Assembly: GCA_963754315.1 (NCBI GenBank)
Contig: CAVWFS010000009.1
Span: 97,168-161,167 of the forward strand
Length of the DNA stretch: 64,000 nucleotides
DNA from: an uncultured Candidatus Rokubacteria bacterium
GTDB lineage: Bacteria > Methylomirabilota > Methylomirabilia > Rokubacteriales > CSP1-6
Direction of reading: 5' to 3'
Made by a program: the position numbers and the translations under genes. Position 1 is the first letter of the stretch. Every line of letters starts with the position of its first letter. Below are positions 40,133 through 53,363 of the stretch, piece after piece. Below the pieces are notes generated by a model. It did no database searches. It was given only the letters and a program-made list of their open reading frames with translations, and was not told the DNA's origin.

Positions 40133-40212
40133 TGTTCAATTATGATGCGGACTTCTGGATCACCTTCGCAGTCTAACCCGCCCCCGGGCGACGTGGCACC
40201 CAGAGAGCCGAG

Positions 40213-41773
40213 ATGACCCAGGGAATCCTGCTCTTCGATTCGCTCGTTGCCGTCATTGCACTGCTCGTTGGCTTCTTCCTGTACAAGTTTGTCGTCGATC
40301 GCCGTCGCGGTGACGCCCAGCAGACGGCCCGTCGGCATCGTCGAGGCGGCCGAACGCGAAGCGGAGACCCGGCGCCGAGTTGCCGAGCTCGAGCTGAAAG
40401 AGAACGAGCTCAAATCGCGTACGGAGCTCGAGCAGCAGGCCCGCCGCCGCGAGGCGGAGATCGAGGCCGTCGAGCGGCGCATGCTCACCAAGGAAGAGCA
40501 GGTCGCGCGCAAGCTCGAGGAGCTCGATCGGCGGCTCGACGACTACACGACCAAGGACCGCGGGCTGGTGACGCGTGAGAAGGCGATGAGCGACAAGGAA
40601 GCCCGCCTGGCGGTGGCCGTGGACGAGCAGCGCCGGAAGCTCGAAGTCATTGCCGGGCTCACGGCCGAGGAGGCCAAACGACAGCTGATAGGCCAGATGG
40701 AATCGGAAGCTCGGCGGGAGGCGGCCCTCATCGGCATGCGCCTGGAAGAGGAAGCGCGCGAGACCGCTCACCAGAAGGCCAAGGAAGTGCTGGCGAGCAC
40801 CATTCAGCGCCTGGCCCCTGACTACACCGTGGAGACGGCAGTATCCATCGTCGACTTGCCCTCGGACGATATGAAGGGACGAATCATCGGACGTGAAGGC
40901 CGGAACATCCGAGCCCTCGAGCTGCACACGGGTGTCGATCTCATCGTCGACGACACGCCAGAGGCCGTGCTCATCTCGGCCTACGATCCCTACCGGCGCG
41001 AGATCGCCCGCCTGGCCCTGCAGCGGCTGATCGCCGATGGGCGAATCCATCCGGCGCGCATCGAAGAGGTCGTGGCCAAGGTCAAGACCGAGATGGAACA
41101 GCACCTCAAGGAGGAAGGCGAGAAGGCGTGCTTCGAGGTGGGGGTGCACGGGCTCCACCCCGAGCTGGTGAAGCTGGTGGGACGGATGAAGTTCCGGACC
41201 TCCTACGGCCAGAACTGCTTGCAGCACTCCAAGGAGGTGGCGTGGCTGGCCGGCATGATGGCGTCTGAGATCAAGTGTGACACGAAGCTTGCCAAGCGGA
41301 TGGGGTTACTGCACGACATCGGCAAGGCCCTCACCCACGAGCAGGACGGGAGCCATCCCGAGCTGTCCTTGCAGGTGTTGACCAAGTACAACGAGTCGCC
41401 GGCCGTCATCAACGCCGCCCTGTGCGGCCACGAGAACGTGGAACCCGAGACCCTGGAGGCCGTGCTGGTGGAGGCGGCCGACGGCATCTCGGCGGCGCGC
41501 CCGGGGGCGCGGCGCGACGTGTTGGAGTCCTACGTGAGGCGACTGGCCAAGCTGGAGGAGATCGCCCTGTCCTACAAGGGCGTGGAGATGTGCTACGCCA
41601 TCCAGGCCGGCCGCGAGCTGCGGGTCATCACCAAGGCCGATATCGTATCCGACCTCGATGCGCACCAGCTGGCCAAGGGGATCAGCAAGCGTATCGAAGC
41701 GGAGATGCAGTACCCCGGCCACATCAAGGTGGTCGTCATCCGGGAGACTCGCGCCGTCGAAGTGGCCCGCTAA
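40213..41773 (+). CDS. rny: ribonuclease Y, frameshift near 40336
   Basis: N-terminal TM, coiled coil, KGRIIGREGRNIR KH domain, LLHDIGKA HD domain. Confidence 0.96.
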
Positions 41774-41775
41774 CC

Positions 41776-42552
41776 ATGAAAGTATTGATGGTCGGCGACG
41801 TCTACGGCGAGCCGGGGCGCGCGGCCATCCAGAAGCTCGTGCCTCGTCTGCGTGAGCAGCACGGCCTCGATCTGATTGTCGTCAATGTAGAGAACGCCGC
41901 CGGCGGCTTCGGCATCACCCCGCCGATGGTCAAGACATTCCTCGAGCAGGGCGTGGATGTGATGACCACGGGCAACCACGTGTGGGACAAGAAGGAGATC
42001 ATTCCCCACATCGTGAAGGAGAATCTCCTCTTGCGCCCCGCCAACTTCCCGGAGGGCACGCCGGGGGTCGGCTACGTGACGGTGAAGGCCGGACCCTACC
42101 GGGTGAGCGTCATCAATCTGATGGGACGTATCTTCATGAGCCCCATCGATTGTCCCTTCCGGAAGGCTGACGAGGTCCTGGCCATCGTGGGGAAGGAAAC
42201 GCCCATCATTCTCGTCGACATGCACGCCGAGGCCACCTCGGAATCGCTGGCCATGGGCTGGTATCTCAACGGGCGCGTCACGGCCGTGGTGGGAACCCAT
42301 CGCCACGTGCAGACCGCCGACGAGCGCGTTCTGCCTGGGGGGACCGCCTACATCACCGACCTCGGCATGACGGGACCCACTGACGGGGTCATCGGGGTCG
42401 ATCGGGACCAGATCATCCAGCGCTTCATGAGCCAGATGCCCATCCGCTTCGAGACGGCCAAGGGGCCGGCGGCCCTGCACGGAGCGCTCATCACGCTCGA
42501 TCCGGAGACGGGCCGCGCCACCGACATTCAGCGCCTCCGCGTCCCCGCGTGA
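41776..42552 (+). CDS. ymdB: YmdB/TIGR00282 metallophosphoesterase
   Basis: GDVYGEPG, NVENAAGG, TGNHVWD, DMHAEATSE, GTHRHVQTAD. Confidence 0.92.
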   Translation: MKVLMVGDVYGEPGRAAIQKLVPRLREQHGLDLIVVNVENAAGGFGITPPMVKTFLEQGVDVMTTGNHVWDKKEIIPHIVKENLLLRPANFPEGTPGVGYVTVKAGPYRVSVINLMGRIFMSPIDCPFRKADEVLAIVGKETPIILVDMHAEATSESLAMGWYLNGRVTAVVGTHRHVQTADERVLPGGTAYITDLGMTGPTDGVIGVDRDQIIQRFMSQMPIRFETAKGPAALHGALITLDPETGRATDIQRLRVPA

Positions 42553-42676
42553 CCGCGTGCGCGTTCGTGCTGGAGGCGGGCGCCACGCGCGCTCTAGGCC
42601 GTGCCGAGCTTACGGGAGAGGGCGCAACGTGCCTTCCGACCGCGTCGATCTTGATGGCTTTTGTCGTCGGGGAGGT

Positions 42677-42748
42677 CCGGAGGGGGCGTCGACGCCCCCT
42701 CCGGTACGATCGATGAGGCACTGGAGGGGGCGCGCGCCCCCTCCAGTG
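42677..42748. repeat. pair of related perfect palindromes (28 bp and 30 bp)
   Basis: CCGGAGGGGGCGTCGACGCCCCCTCCGG (42677-42704) and CACTGGAGGGGGCGCGCGCCCCCTCCAGTG (42719-42748). Confidence 0.85.
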
Positions 42749-42756
42749 ACCGTGCG

Positions 42757-44112
42757 ATGAGTGAGCGAGCGGTGTTGACGGTCTCCGAGCTCACCACGCG
42801 GGTTCGCGAGGTCATCGAAGAGCGTTTCCCCGCCGTGTGGGTGGAGGGGGAGATCAGCAACTTCCGCCTCTATGCCTCCGGGCACGCCTACTTCACCCTC
42901 AAGGATTCGACGGCGCAGCTGCCGGCCGCCCTGTTCCGGACGCGAGTGCGCCGGCTTCGCTTCGAACCGCGCGATGGCATGCACGTGCTGGCCTTCGGCA
43001 GTCTCGAGGTCTATGCCCAACGCGGCGGCTACCAGCTCATCGTGGAATTGCTCGAACCGCGAGGGGTGGGCGCGCTCCAGCTCGCGTTCGAGCAGCTCAA
43101 GGGCCGACTCGAGAAGGAAGGCCTCTTCGAGGCGACCCGCAAGCGTCCCCTGCCGTCGTTTCCCCGCCGCATCGGCGTCGTCACCTCGCCCGACGGCGCC
43201 GCCCTGCGCGATATCTTGCGCGTGATCGGTCGTCGCTTCCGCGATCTCTCGATCGTGATTGCGCCGGCCAAGGTGCAGGGCGAGGGGGCCTCGGTCGAGA
43301 TCGCGCAGGGACTGGCGGCCCTCAACGCGCTCGGTGACATCGACGTGATCATCTGCGGTCGCGGCGGCGGTTCCCTGGAGGACCTCTGGGCGTTCAACGA
43401 GGAGGCGGTGGCGAGAGCCATCGTCGCCTCGAAGGTGCCGGTGATCTCCGCGGTCGGTCACGAGATCGATTTCACCATCGCCGACTTCGTGGCCGACCTC
43501 CGGGCTCCCACTCCGTCGGCGGCCGCCGAGCTGGTGGTGCGGGAGAAACAGGCCGTGGTGGAGCACCTCCGCCAGCTGCGGGGACGGCTGGCGCAGGCCA
43601 TTGGGCGGACCCTCGCTCATCGCCAGAATCGATTGGAGGCACTGGCCGGTCGCCGCGTGCTCACCGATCCCGGTCGCCTTCTGCACGAGCGGGCACGGCG
43701 CCTGGACGATGCACGGCTGAGGCTGCATCGGGCCGGCGCCGCCAGGCTGAACCGGGGTCTGCACAGAATCGAACTGGCGACGGCCGCGCTGCGGGCGAAC
43801 AGTCCGTTCGTCCGGATCAAGGAGGATCGCCGGCGGCTGGCGACGGCCCGGCTCGAGCTGATCAATGCCATGAACCGGCGGACAGTGGACGCGCGCCACC
43901 GTCTTGGGCTGTCGGCCGGTCACCTGAACTCGCTCTCCCCGTTGGCGGTGCTTGGGCGCGGCTACAGCCTGACCCGGCTCCCGTCGGGCGAGGTCGTTCG
44001 CAGCGTCCGCCAGGTGCACGTCGGGGCCGACGTGCGCGTGCTGCTCGACGAGGGACGAATCGACTGTCGCGTCGACGCGACATGGGAGCACGATGAGCGA
44101 CCTCAAGTGTAG
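42757..44112 (+). CDS. xseA: exodeoxyribonuclease VII large subunit
   Basis: VWVEGEISNF, GHAYFTLKD, RGGGSLEDLW, GHEIDFTIAD, TPSAAAE. Confidence 0.97.
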   Translation: MSERAVLTVSELTTRVREVIEERFPAVWVEGEISNFRLYASGHAYFTLKDSTAQLPAALFRTRVRRLRFEPRDGMHVLAFGSLEVYAQRGGYQLIVELLEPRGVGALQLAFEQLKGRLEKEGLFEATRKRPLPSFPRRIGVVTSPDGAALRDILRVIGRRFRDLSIVIAPAKVQGEGASVEIAQGLAALNALGDIDVIICGRGGGSLEDLWAFNEEAVARAIVASKVPVISAVGHEIDFTIADFVADLRAPTPSAAAELVVREKQAVVEHLRQLRGRLAQAIGRTLAHRQNRLEALAGRRVLTDPGRLLHERARRLDDARLRLHRAGAARLNRGLHRIELATAALRANSPFVRIKEDRRRLATARLELINAMNRRTVDARHRLGLSAGHLNSLSPLAVLGRGYSLTRLPSGEVVRSVRQVHVGADVRVLLDEGRIDCRVDATWEHDERPQV

Positions 44113-44121
44113 AGACGCACG

Positions 44122-44357
44122 ATGAGCGACCTCAAATTTGAAGATCAGCTGGGACGCCTGGAGGAGATCGTCGGAGCGCTGGAGGCGGGTAACCTTCCCC
44201 TGGAGGAATCGTTGCGCATCTTCGAGGAAGGCGTGAGCCTCGCCCGTGCCTGCGCACGCTACCTCGAAGAGGCGGAGCGACGGATCGAGATCATGACGCG
44301 CGACGAGACTGGCGCGGCCACCACCACGCCCTTTGCGTGGGAATCCGACGAGGCATC

Positions 44358-44361
<4 letters not shown>
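44122..44361 (+). CDS. xseB: exodeoxyribonuclease VII small subunit
   Basis: FEDQLGRLEEIVGALE..LEESLRIFEEG. Confidence 0.95.
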
Positions 44362-46813
<2,452 letters not shown>

Positions 46814-46814
<1 letters not shown>

Positions 46815-48313
46815 TGGAGTGGTACTGGGCGGCTCTGTTCTTCGTGTCCGCACTCTTCAACCTGCGCGCGTCCTTCAAGCTGCTCGTCGACTGGAAGGGC
46901 ATGCTGACGACGTGCCGCTTCGTGGAGGATGCCTACAGCCGCCTGGATGAGCTTCCCGACGAGGGTCTTTTGGAGCAGACACACGAGGCCCCGGTGTTCG
47001 TGCACCTGGTGCCGGCCTTCCAGGAGCCAGCCATCGCGGGAACCCTGCGGATGCTGCTGGCCTCGCGCTACCCACATGGCAAGCTCCACGTGGTGGTCGT
47101 CACCAAGGCGGAGGAGGAGCGCTCACCGCACCCCGCCATGGAGGTATCCACGGCGGAGCTGGTCCGGCGATTCCGCGCGGAGTTGCCGCCCTACCAGCAG
47201 AAGATGTTGTCGCAGCTCACCATGCCGGGCACGGGCCGTAAAGCGCATCAATTGAACTGGGCGCTCCGGGCCGAGCACCTCACAGCTCTGCTGGGTGAGG
47301 ACTACGATCCGCGCCAGGTGTTCATCGGCGTGAGCGATGCCGACTCGGTGCCCGATCGCAACGTGTACCGCTGGATCGCCGCCGACGTCATGGCGCCTGT
47401 CGGCGGCCGCATGGCTTACCAGGGGGTCACGCTCTCCCTGGCCAACTTCGAAGCGCTGGCCGTGAAGGGGCGGGTGTGCGCGGTCCAGCAGTCGTCGATC
47501 TTCATCCGCGTTTCGATCGCACGGCTCATCAACGAGGCCCGGCGGGTACGCTGGTTCACCCGCGTGACGGCCCGCGCCCCGCGCCTGGCCACGGTTTTGC
47601 GACCGCTCTTCGAGTTCACGTGCCGACGTTCGCAGATCTGTCTCGGGCACAACCAGTTTGTGCGCCTCGACCTGCTGAGCGACCTCGGGGGCTTCCCCAC
47701 CTCGGGGGCCACCGAGGACTCGACCCTGGGTTACGCCATCGCCGCCCGGGGCATCCTGATGGCACCGATGCCGATGCTCGAGCTGACCGATCTTCCGGAG
47801 ACGACGGAGAAGATGGTTCGCCAGAACGCGCGCTGGTACAAGGGCGTGCTCGATGACATTCCGTTCCTGCGCCAGACCTGGGCCCGCACTCCGAGCGCCT
47901 TCAACCTGGCTCAGTTGCTCCGCCACGTGGGCAACAAGGTCGTCGAGTGGCCCATCGCCGCCATCATCTATCCCCTCATCGGCTACCTCGGCTGGCACTT
48001 CGCCTACTGGTACGCGGACGATCCGCTCCTGTTCACCTTGGGCGTGGCCCTGCCCTCCATCTCGCTCGGCCTGTCGATCTGGGTGGGCGGCATCGTGACC
48101 CAGGACATGATCGAACGCTTGACTCCGTACTGTCCGCGGCCCGTGAGCATCGCCCGCACCACCTGGTGGGCAAAGTTCTCGGGTACGTTCCGCACCCAGA
48201 CCTACTGGCTGCTGGCCACCCGCGGCGCCTGGCGCGTCCTCTGGTCACTGGCCCGCTCCGGCCGGTTCGAACCCGCCAAGACCGATAGGGTCCATCGCGG
48301 CCTCGCCCGCTAG
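46814..48313 (+). CDS. membrane-bound GT2 glycosyltransferase
   Basis: PAFQE, KAHQLN, DADS, ATED and QNARW motifs; N- and C-terminal TMs. Confidence 0.85.
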
Positions 48314-48367
48314 GGGTGTGGTAGCCTAACCAACCGACCGCATCTTCGGGATTTCGGAGGACTATCG

Positions 48368-49984
48368 ATGACGGCTAGGCGCACCCCGCGCGTGGTCAGG
48401 ATCTCCGGGGAAAAGCATCCTTATCGAACCGAGCTGACGCCGGTGAGCTTTCTGCGCCGGAGCGCCTACGTGTTCCCCGACAAGACCGCGATCGTGCACG
48501 GCTCTCGCCGCTACACCTATCGTGAGTTCGAGGAGCGGGCCAACCGTCTTGCTTCGGGCCTGCGCGCGCTCGGCCTCCGGCACCTCGATCGGGTGGCCAT
48601 CATTGCCCCCAACACGCCGGCCATGCTGGAGGCTCACTTCGGAGTGCCCGCCGCTGGCCTGGTGCTGGTCCCCATCAACGTCCGGCTGAACAGCGACGAG
48701 ATCGGGTACATCCTGAAGCACTCCGGGTCGAAGGTCCTGCTGGTCGACCACGAGTTCGAGGCGGTCGTCAAGCCACTCGATCTGACCGCGCTCCGCGTGA
48801 TCCGGATCGACGACACGGGCGTCCCCGGCGATCCCTACGAGGACTTCCTGGCTCAGGCTTCCCCGGAACCCGGCGACACGTGGCTGGAAGACGAGTTCGA
48901 GACGATTTCCATCAACTACACGTCGGGGACCACGGGGCGCCCGAAGGGCGTGATGATTCACCACCGGGGCGCGTATCTGAACGCCATCGGGGAGACCATC
49001 GAGGTCGGCATGACCTTCCATGCTCGCTACATGTGGACCTTGCCCATGTTTCATTGCAACGGCTGGTGCTACACGTGGGGGGTGACCGCGCTCGGCGGCA
49101 CCCACCTATGTCTGCGCCGGGTGGAGCCAAGCCGGATCTGGGAGCTCATCGACCGTGAGGGTGTGACCCACTATTGCGGGGCGCCCACCGTCCAGATCGG
49201 CATCGTGAACGACCCCAAGGCCCATCGCCTCACGCAGCCGGTCACGGCGGCGGTGGCGGGGGCGCCGCCCTCGCCGACCTTGCTCGCCCGTATGCGAGAG
49301 CTGGGCCTTCGGCCTGTGCACGTCTACGGCCTCACCGAAACGTATGGTCCTCACACCGTCTGCGCCTGGCACAGCGAGTGGGAGAGCAGCCCCTCGGAGG
49401 AGCAGGCGCGCCTGGCCGCCCGCCAGGGCCAGGGCTTCGTCCTGGCCGACCTCGTCAGGGTGGTGGACGAGCAGATGAACGACGTGCCCCTCGACGGCGA
49501 GACGTTGGGGGAAGTCATCATGCGGGGCAACAACGTCATGAAGGGATACTTCGAGCAGCCCGAGGCTACCGCCGAGGCTTTCCGGGGAGGCTGGTTCCAC
49601 TCGGGGGACATCGGGGTGTGGCACGCCGACGGTTACATCGAGCTGCGTGACCGCAAGAAGGACATCATCATCTCGGGCGGGGAGAACATCTCGACCATCG
49701 AGGTCGAGCAGTGTGTGGCCAGGCATCCCGCCGTGATGGAGTGTGCGGTGGTGGCCATGCCCGACGAGAAGTGGGGTGAGCGGCCCAAGGCCTTCGTGAC
49801 CCTCAAGCCGGGCCAGACGGCCACCGAGGCCGACATCATCGAGCACTGCCGCCAGAGCATGGCCCGCTTCAAGGCGCCGGCCGCGGTGGAGTTCTGCGAG
49901 CTGCCCAAGACCTCCACCGGGAAGGTTCAGAAGTTCGTCCTGCGCGACCGTGAGTGGAAGGGGCAGGCGAAGCGGATCAACTGA
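48368..49984 (+). CDS. acyl-CoA synthetase (AMP-binding)
   Basis: YTSGTTGRPKG, YGLTETYG, WFHSGD, IISGGENIS, PKTSTGKVQK. Confidence 0.95.
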   Translation: MTARRTPRVVRISGEKHPYRTELTPVSFLRRSAYVFPDKTAIVHGSRRYTYREFEERANRLASGLRALGLRHLDRVAIIAPNTPAMLEAHFGVPAAGLVLVPINVRLNSDEIGYILKHSGSKVLLVDHEFEAVVKPLDLTALRVIRIDDTGVPGDPYEDFLAQASPEPGDTWLEDEFETISINYTSGTTGRPKGVMIHHRGAYLNAIGETIEVGMTFHARYMWTLPMFHCNGWCYTWGVTALGGTHLCLRRVEPSRIWELIDREGVTHYCGAPTVQIGIVNDPKAHRLTQPVTAAVAGAPPSPTLLARMRELGLRPVHVYGLTETYGPHTVCAWHSEWESSPSEEQARLAARQGQGFVLADLVRVVDEQMNDVPLDGETLGEVIMRGNNVMKGYFEQPEATAEAFRGGWFHSGDIGVWHADGYIELRDRKKDIIISGGENISTIEVEQCVARHPAVMECAVVAMPDEKWGERPKAFVTLKPGQTATEADIIEHCRQSMARFKAPAAVEFCELPKTSTGKVQKFVLRDREWKGQAKRIN

Positions 49985-52900
49985 GTCGAGGCGCAGGTTG
50001 CTCCGGGTCTTGAAGCTCGTGAAATCGGGGTGAGCTGAGCACCCGGAGCTGCAGCTGGCCATCCTCGGCGAGCGACTGGGCAAGCGCCGCGAGGATGGTT
50101 CGTCCTCGCGCCCGATGCTGACGGGCCTCCGCCGCGCGGCCCATGCGGTCCGAGACGTCGGGCTGCCGTGAGGTGCGCACGCCACTTGGCCAGAGGCGTG
50201 TCTTGGCGGCGCGGTCGCGGCCAGCGCCCGCGACACCTCCGCCTCCGCAGGGTCCATTGCCCCTCCGCGATGGCGACTTCGGCGAGAGTGCGCCGAGCCA
50301 GCGCGAGCCAGGTCCGCTCCCCGGACTGCGCGGCCAGGTCGGCGAGCCCTTCGGCCTCCGCACGGGCTCGGTCGAGCATTCGCTGGCTCAGCCAATACTC
50401 GCTCAGACAGTGGGCGAGGGGCATCTGGAGGGTCCAGTCCATCGCCGAGCGCTCCGGCTCGGTCCAGGCGGTGACCGCGCTGAAGGCCGAGAAGGCGCGC
50501 GTGGGCTCGCCATCGGCCAGTTCGGCGGCGCCGAGCAGGATCAGGCTCAGGAGGTGGCCGTACGGGTACGCCGAGGCTCGCGCGCCTGCTCGAGGGCGGC
50601 CTCGCACAGCGCGCCGAGCCCCGCTCGGGTCGCCCGCCTCCACGCGAGCCAGGCGCGCTGGAGCCGGAAGAGAACACCCACATGTGTCCGCCGTTGCGCT
50701 CCGCCCATGCGGATGCCCTCCTGGACCAGGGCCAGCATCTCTCCCCACCTCCCGAGGTACAGCAGCCCGAGGGCCCGGTAGTAGGCCGAGAAGAGATACT
50801 CGTAGGCGTCCCCGACCTCGAGGGCCAGACGCATGCCCTCCTCGGAGGTGGCGCAGGCCTCCCGGTAGGCGGACTCGATGATCTGGAAATAGGCGTAGCG
50901 GCCGAGCAGGAGACTGAGCAGGCCAGGGTCGTCAGCCGTGCGCGCCGTGGCCAGCGCTTCCGCGCACGCGTCCGCATCCTCGCGTCGCCAGCCGCGCAGG
51001 AACGAGTGCCAGTAGCCCGGACGAGCCGCGGGTGTGGGCTCGGAGGAGCTCGTCCTCGACATCTCGGCTGAGAACGACCGCCTGCCCCGCCGCGGCCAGG
51101 CAGCCCGCGGCGTCGATCGAGGAGAGGGCGCTGGCCAGGTAGAAGAGGGCCTGGGCCTCGGTGGCGGAGTGACCCTGCTCGCTGCGCCCAGCGCGCGACG
51201 GACGCGGAAGTCCTCGGCGGCGCCGCGCATGTCGCCCATGGAGCGGCGGAGGATGCCGAGCTCTCTCGGCAGGGCCATGTCGGTGGCCTCGCGCTCGCCC
51301 TCCGGCAACCGCGCCGCCAGGCCCTGCGCCCGGGTCAGATAGTGGATGGCCTCGCGGTTCGCGTAGCGGCGCGCGGCATTCTCGGCCGCGGCGCGCAGGT
51401 AGCGCAGGGCGCGCTGGATGTCGCGTCCTTCCTCGAAATGAGCGGCCAGCTCGGCAGCGATGGCCCGCGCGTCGTTGCCCCACGCCGCCTCTGCGCACTC
51501 GCCGATTCGGCGGTGCAGGAGCACGCGGCGGGCCGCGGCCGTGCGCTGATAGAGGACGTTCTGATACAGGGAGTGGATGAACTGGTAGCGTGCGGCCACC
51601 GTGCCGTCGGGCCACTCCTCGGTCCCGCGGCGACGGAGAAAGAGTTCGCGGCGGGCCATCGCCTCGCAGCGCTCCTCGACGCTGCACGACGTCGTCCTCG
51701 ACAGCGGCGGCGACCGCCGCCGCCGAGAACTCGATGCCGGCGACGGCGGCCGCCTCGAGCACGCGGACGTCGTCCGCGGCGAGGCTGTCGATCTGCCGGT
51801 CGATCATCTGGCGGATGCTCTCGGGCACCGCCGCGGCAAGCGCCTCCGGGCGGTCGCTCAGCTCCCAGCCCCGCGCCTCTCGACGATGAGCCGCTGGTCG
51901 CGAGAAAGTCGACGACGTTGACCATGAACAGCGGATGCCCCTCCGTGCGTCGGTGGACGAGCGCGCCAGCTGGCTGCGGTGACTGGGACCTCCCAGACGC
52001 GCACGCGAGAAACTCGGCCACGGCGGCCTCACTCAGGAAGCCAGGGCGAGCTCCTCGCAGGCGCGATGCGCGGCCAGCTCCTGCTTGACCGTCCGCAGCG
52101 GGTGGCCGCTCACCGCCACGTCGACCGGGCGATAGGTGACGAGCAGCAGGAGGCGCGCGGGCGCGCGGCGCTGGGCGAGCAGGCTCACGAGGTCCAAGGT
52201 GGCGACGTCGCTCCAGTGGATGTCCTCCAGGACGAGGACCAGGGGGGCCTCCGTGGTGAGCGCTTCCAGCGCATCGGCCATCTCGCGGAGCATGCGCTCC
52301 CGCGTCGCCCCGAGGGTTTCCCGGGCCAGCCCGGCTTCGCCCGCAGGCCTTGGCCAGGGAAGGCATCTGCACCAGCCAGGTCGGTGCGTGGCGAGCGAGA
52401 AGGGCCACCAGCCGCTCCCCTGCGGGCCACGACCGAGGGCATTGCAGCGCCTCCAGGACGGGCAAGGTACGGCTCGCCGGCGCCGTAGTGCTGCAGGCAC
52501 TGTCCGCGGGCGATCCAGGGCCCACCCGCGCCGGTCACCTCGGCGAGGAAGGCGTCGGTGAGGGCGGTCTTGCCGATCCCGGGTTCGCCCGTGATGAAGA
52601 GCACCTGCCGCTCTCCGGCGCTGGCTCGGGCCAGCGCGGCCTGCATCCGCGCGAGCTCGACCTCCCGACCCACCAGTTCCGACCCGCGCCAGGGTTGGCG
52701 GACGCGCGCGCGTAGTGTCCCCGGGCGACCTCGGCCGCGCTCGGCAGCTGGGACAACGGGAGCCACGAAGGAGTAGCCGCGCCGATGCTCCGTCTTGATG
52801 AAGCGGGGCGCCGGGCATCGTCAGCCAGCGCCTTGCGGATCTCGCTGATGCAGACCTTGAGCGCAGCGTCGCTCACGTAGACGCCCGGCCATACCGCCTC

Positions 52901-53068
52901 CAGGAGCTCCTCCTTGGCCACCCGCCGACCGGAACTGGTGACCAGGTGCCGGAGGACGGCAAAGGCCTTGGGGGTGAGGGGAACGCGCTGGCGCCCGCGC
53001 AACACGAGCTCGTTGACCGGATCGAGCACGAAGGGGCCGAAGCGCAGCGACGGCGGTGGCGTGACCAT
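49977..53068 (-). CDS. winged-helix (Trans_reg_C) + AAA ATPase + TPR-like regulator, many frameshifts
   Basis: LTPKAFAVL..ALKVCISEIRKAL; ITGEPGIGKT Walker A; LVLEDIHWSD Walker B; TEGHPLF; YQFIHSLYQ. Confidence 0.85.
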
Positions 53069-53363
53069 GACATGTGGCTCCTCTGCGATATTAGCTGGAT
53101 ACGGCTCCGCTGTGTGTTACAGAAGCGTGACCGTCCTGCCGCCGCCGCGCCGCGTCATGCTCTCACAATTCGCTTACGGCATTCTTACGCGTCTCGGTGA
53201 CCTCCGAGTCTCTGAGTCGTCTTCGACTGGCGGTGGGCAGCCCGCGCTCTTACGCAAATCTCACGATCCTTTATGACCCGACCGGCTGCTCCTTGATACA
53301 AGCGCAGAGGCAGAGGTCCGATCGGTGCGGGGCGTCGTTGCTGAACGCCGAAAGGAGATGGCT

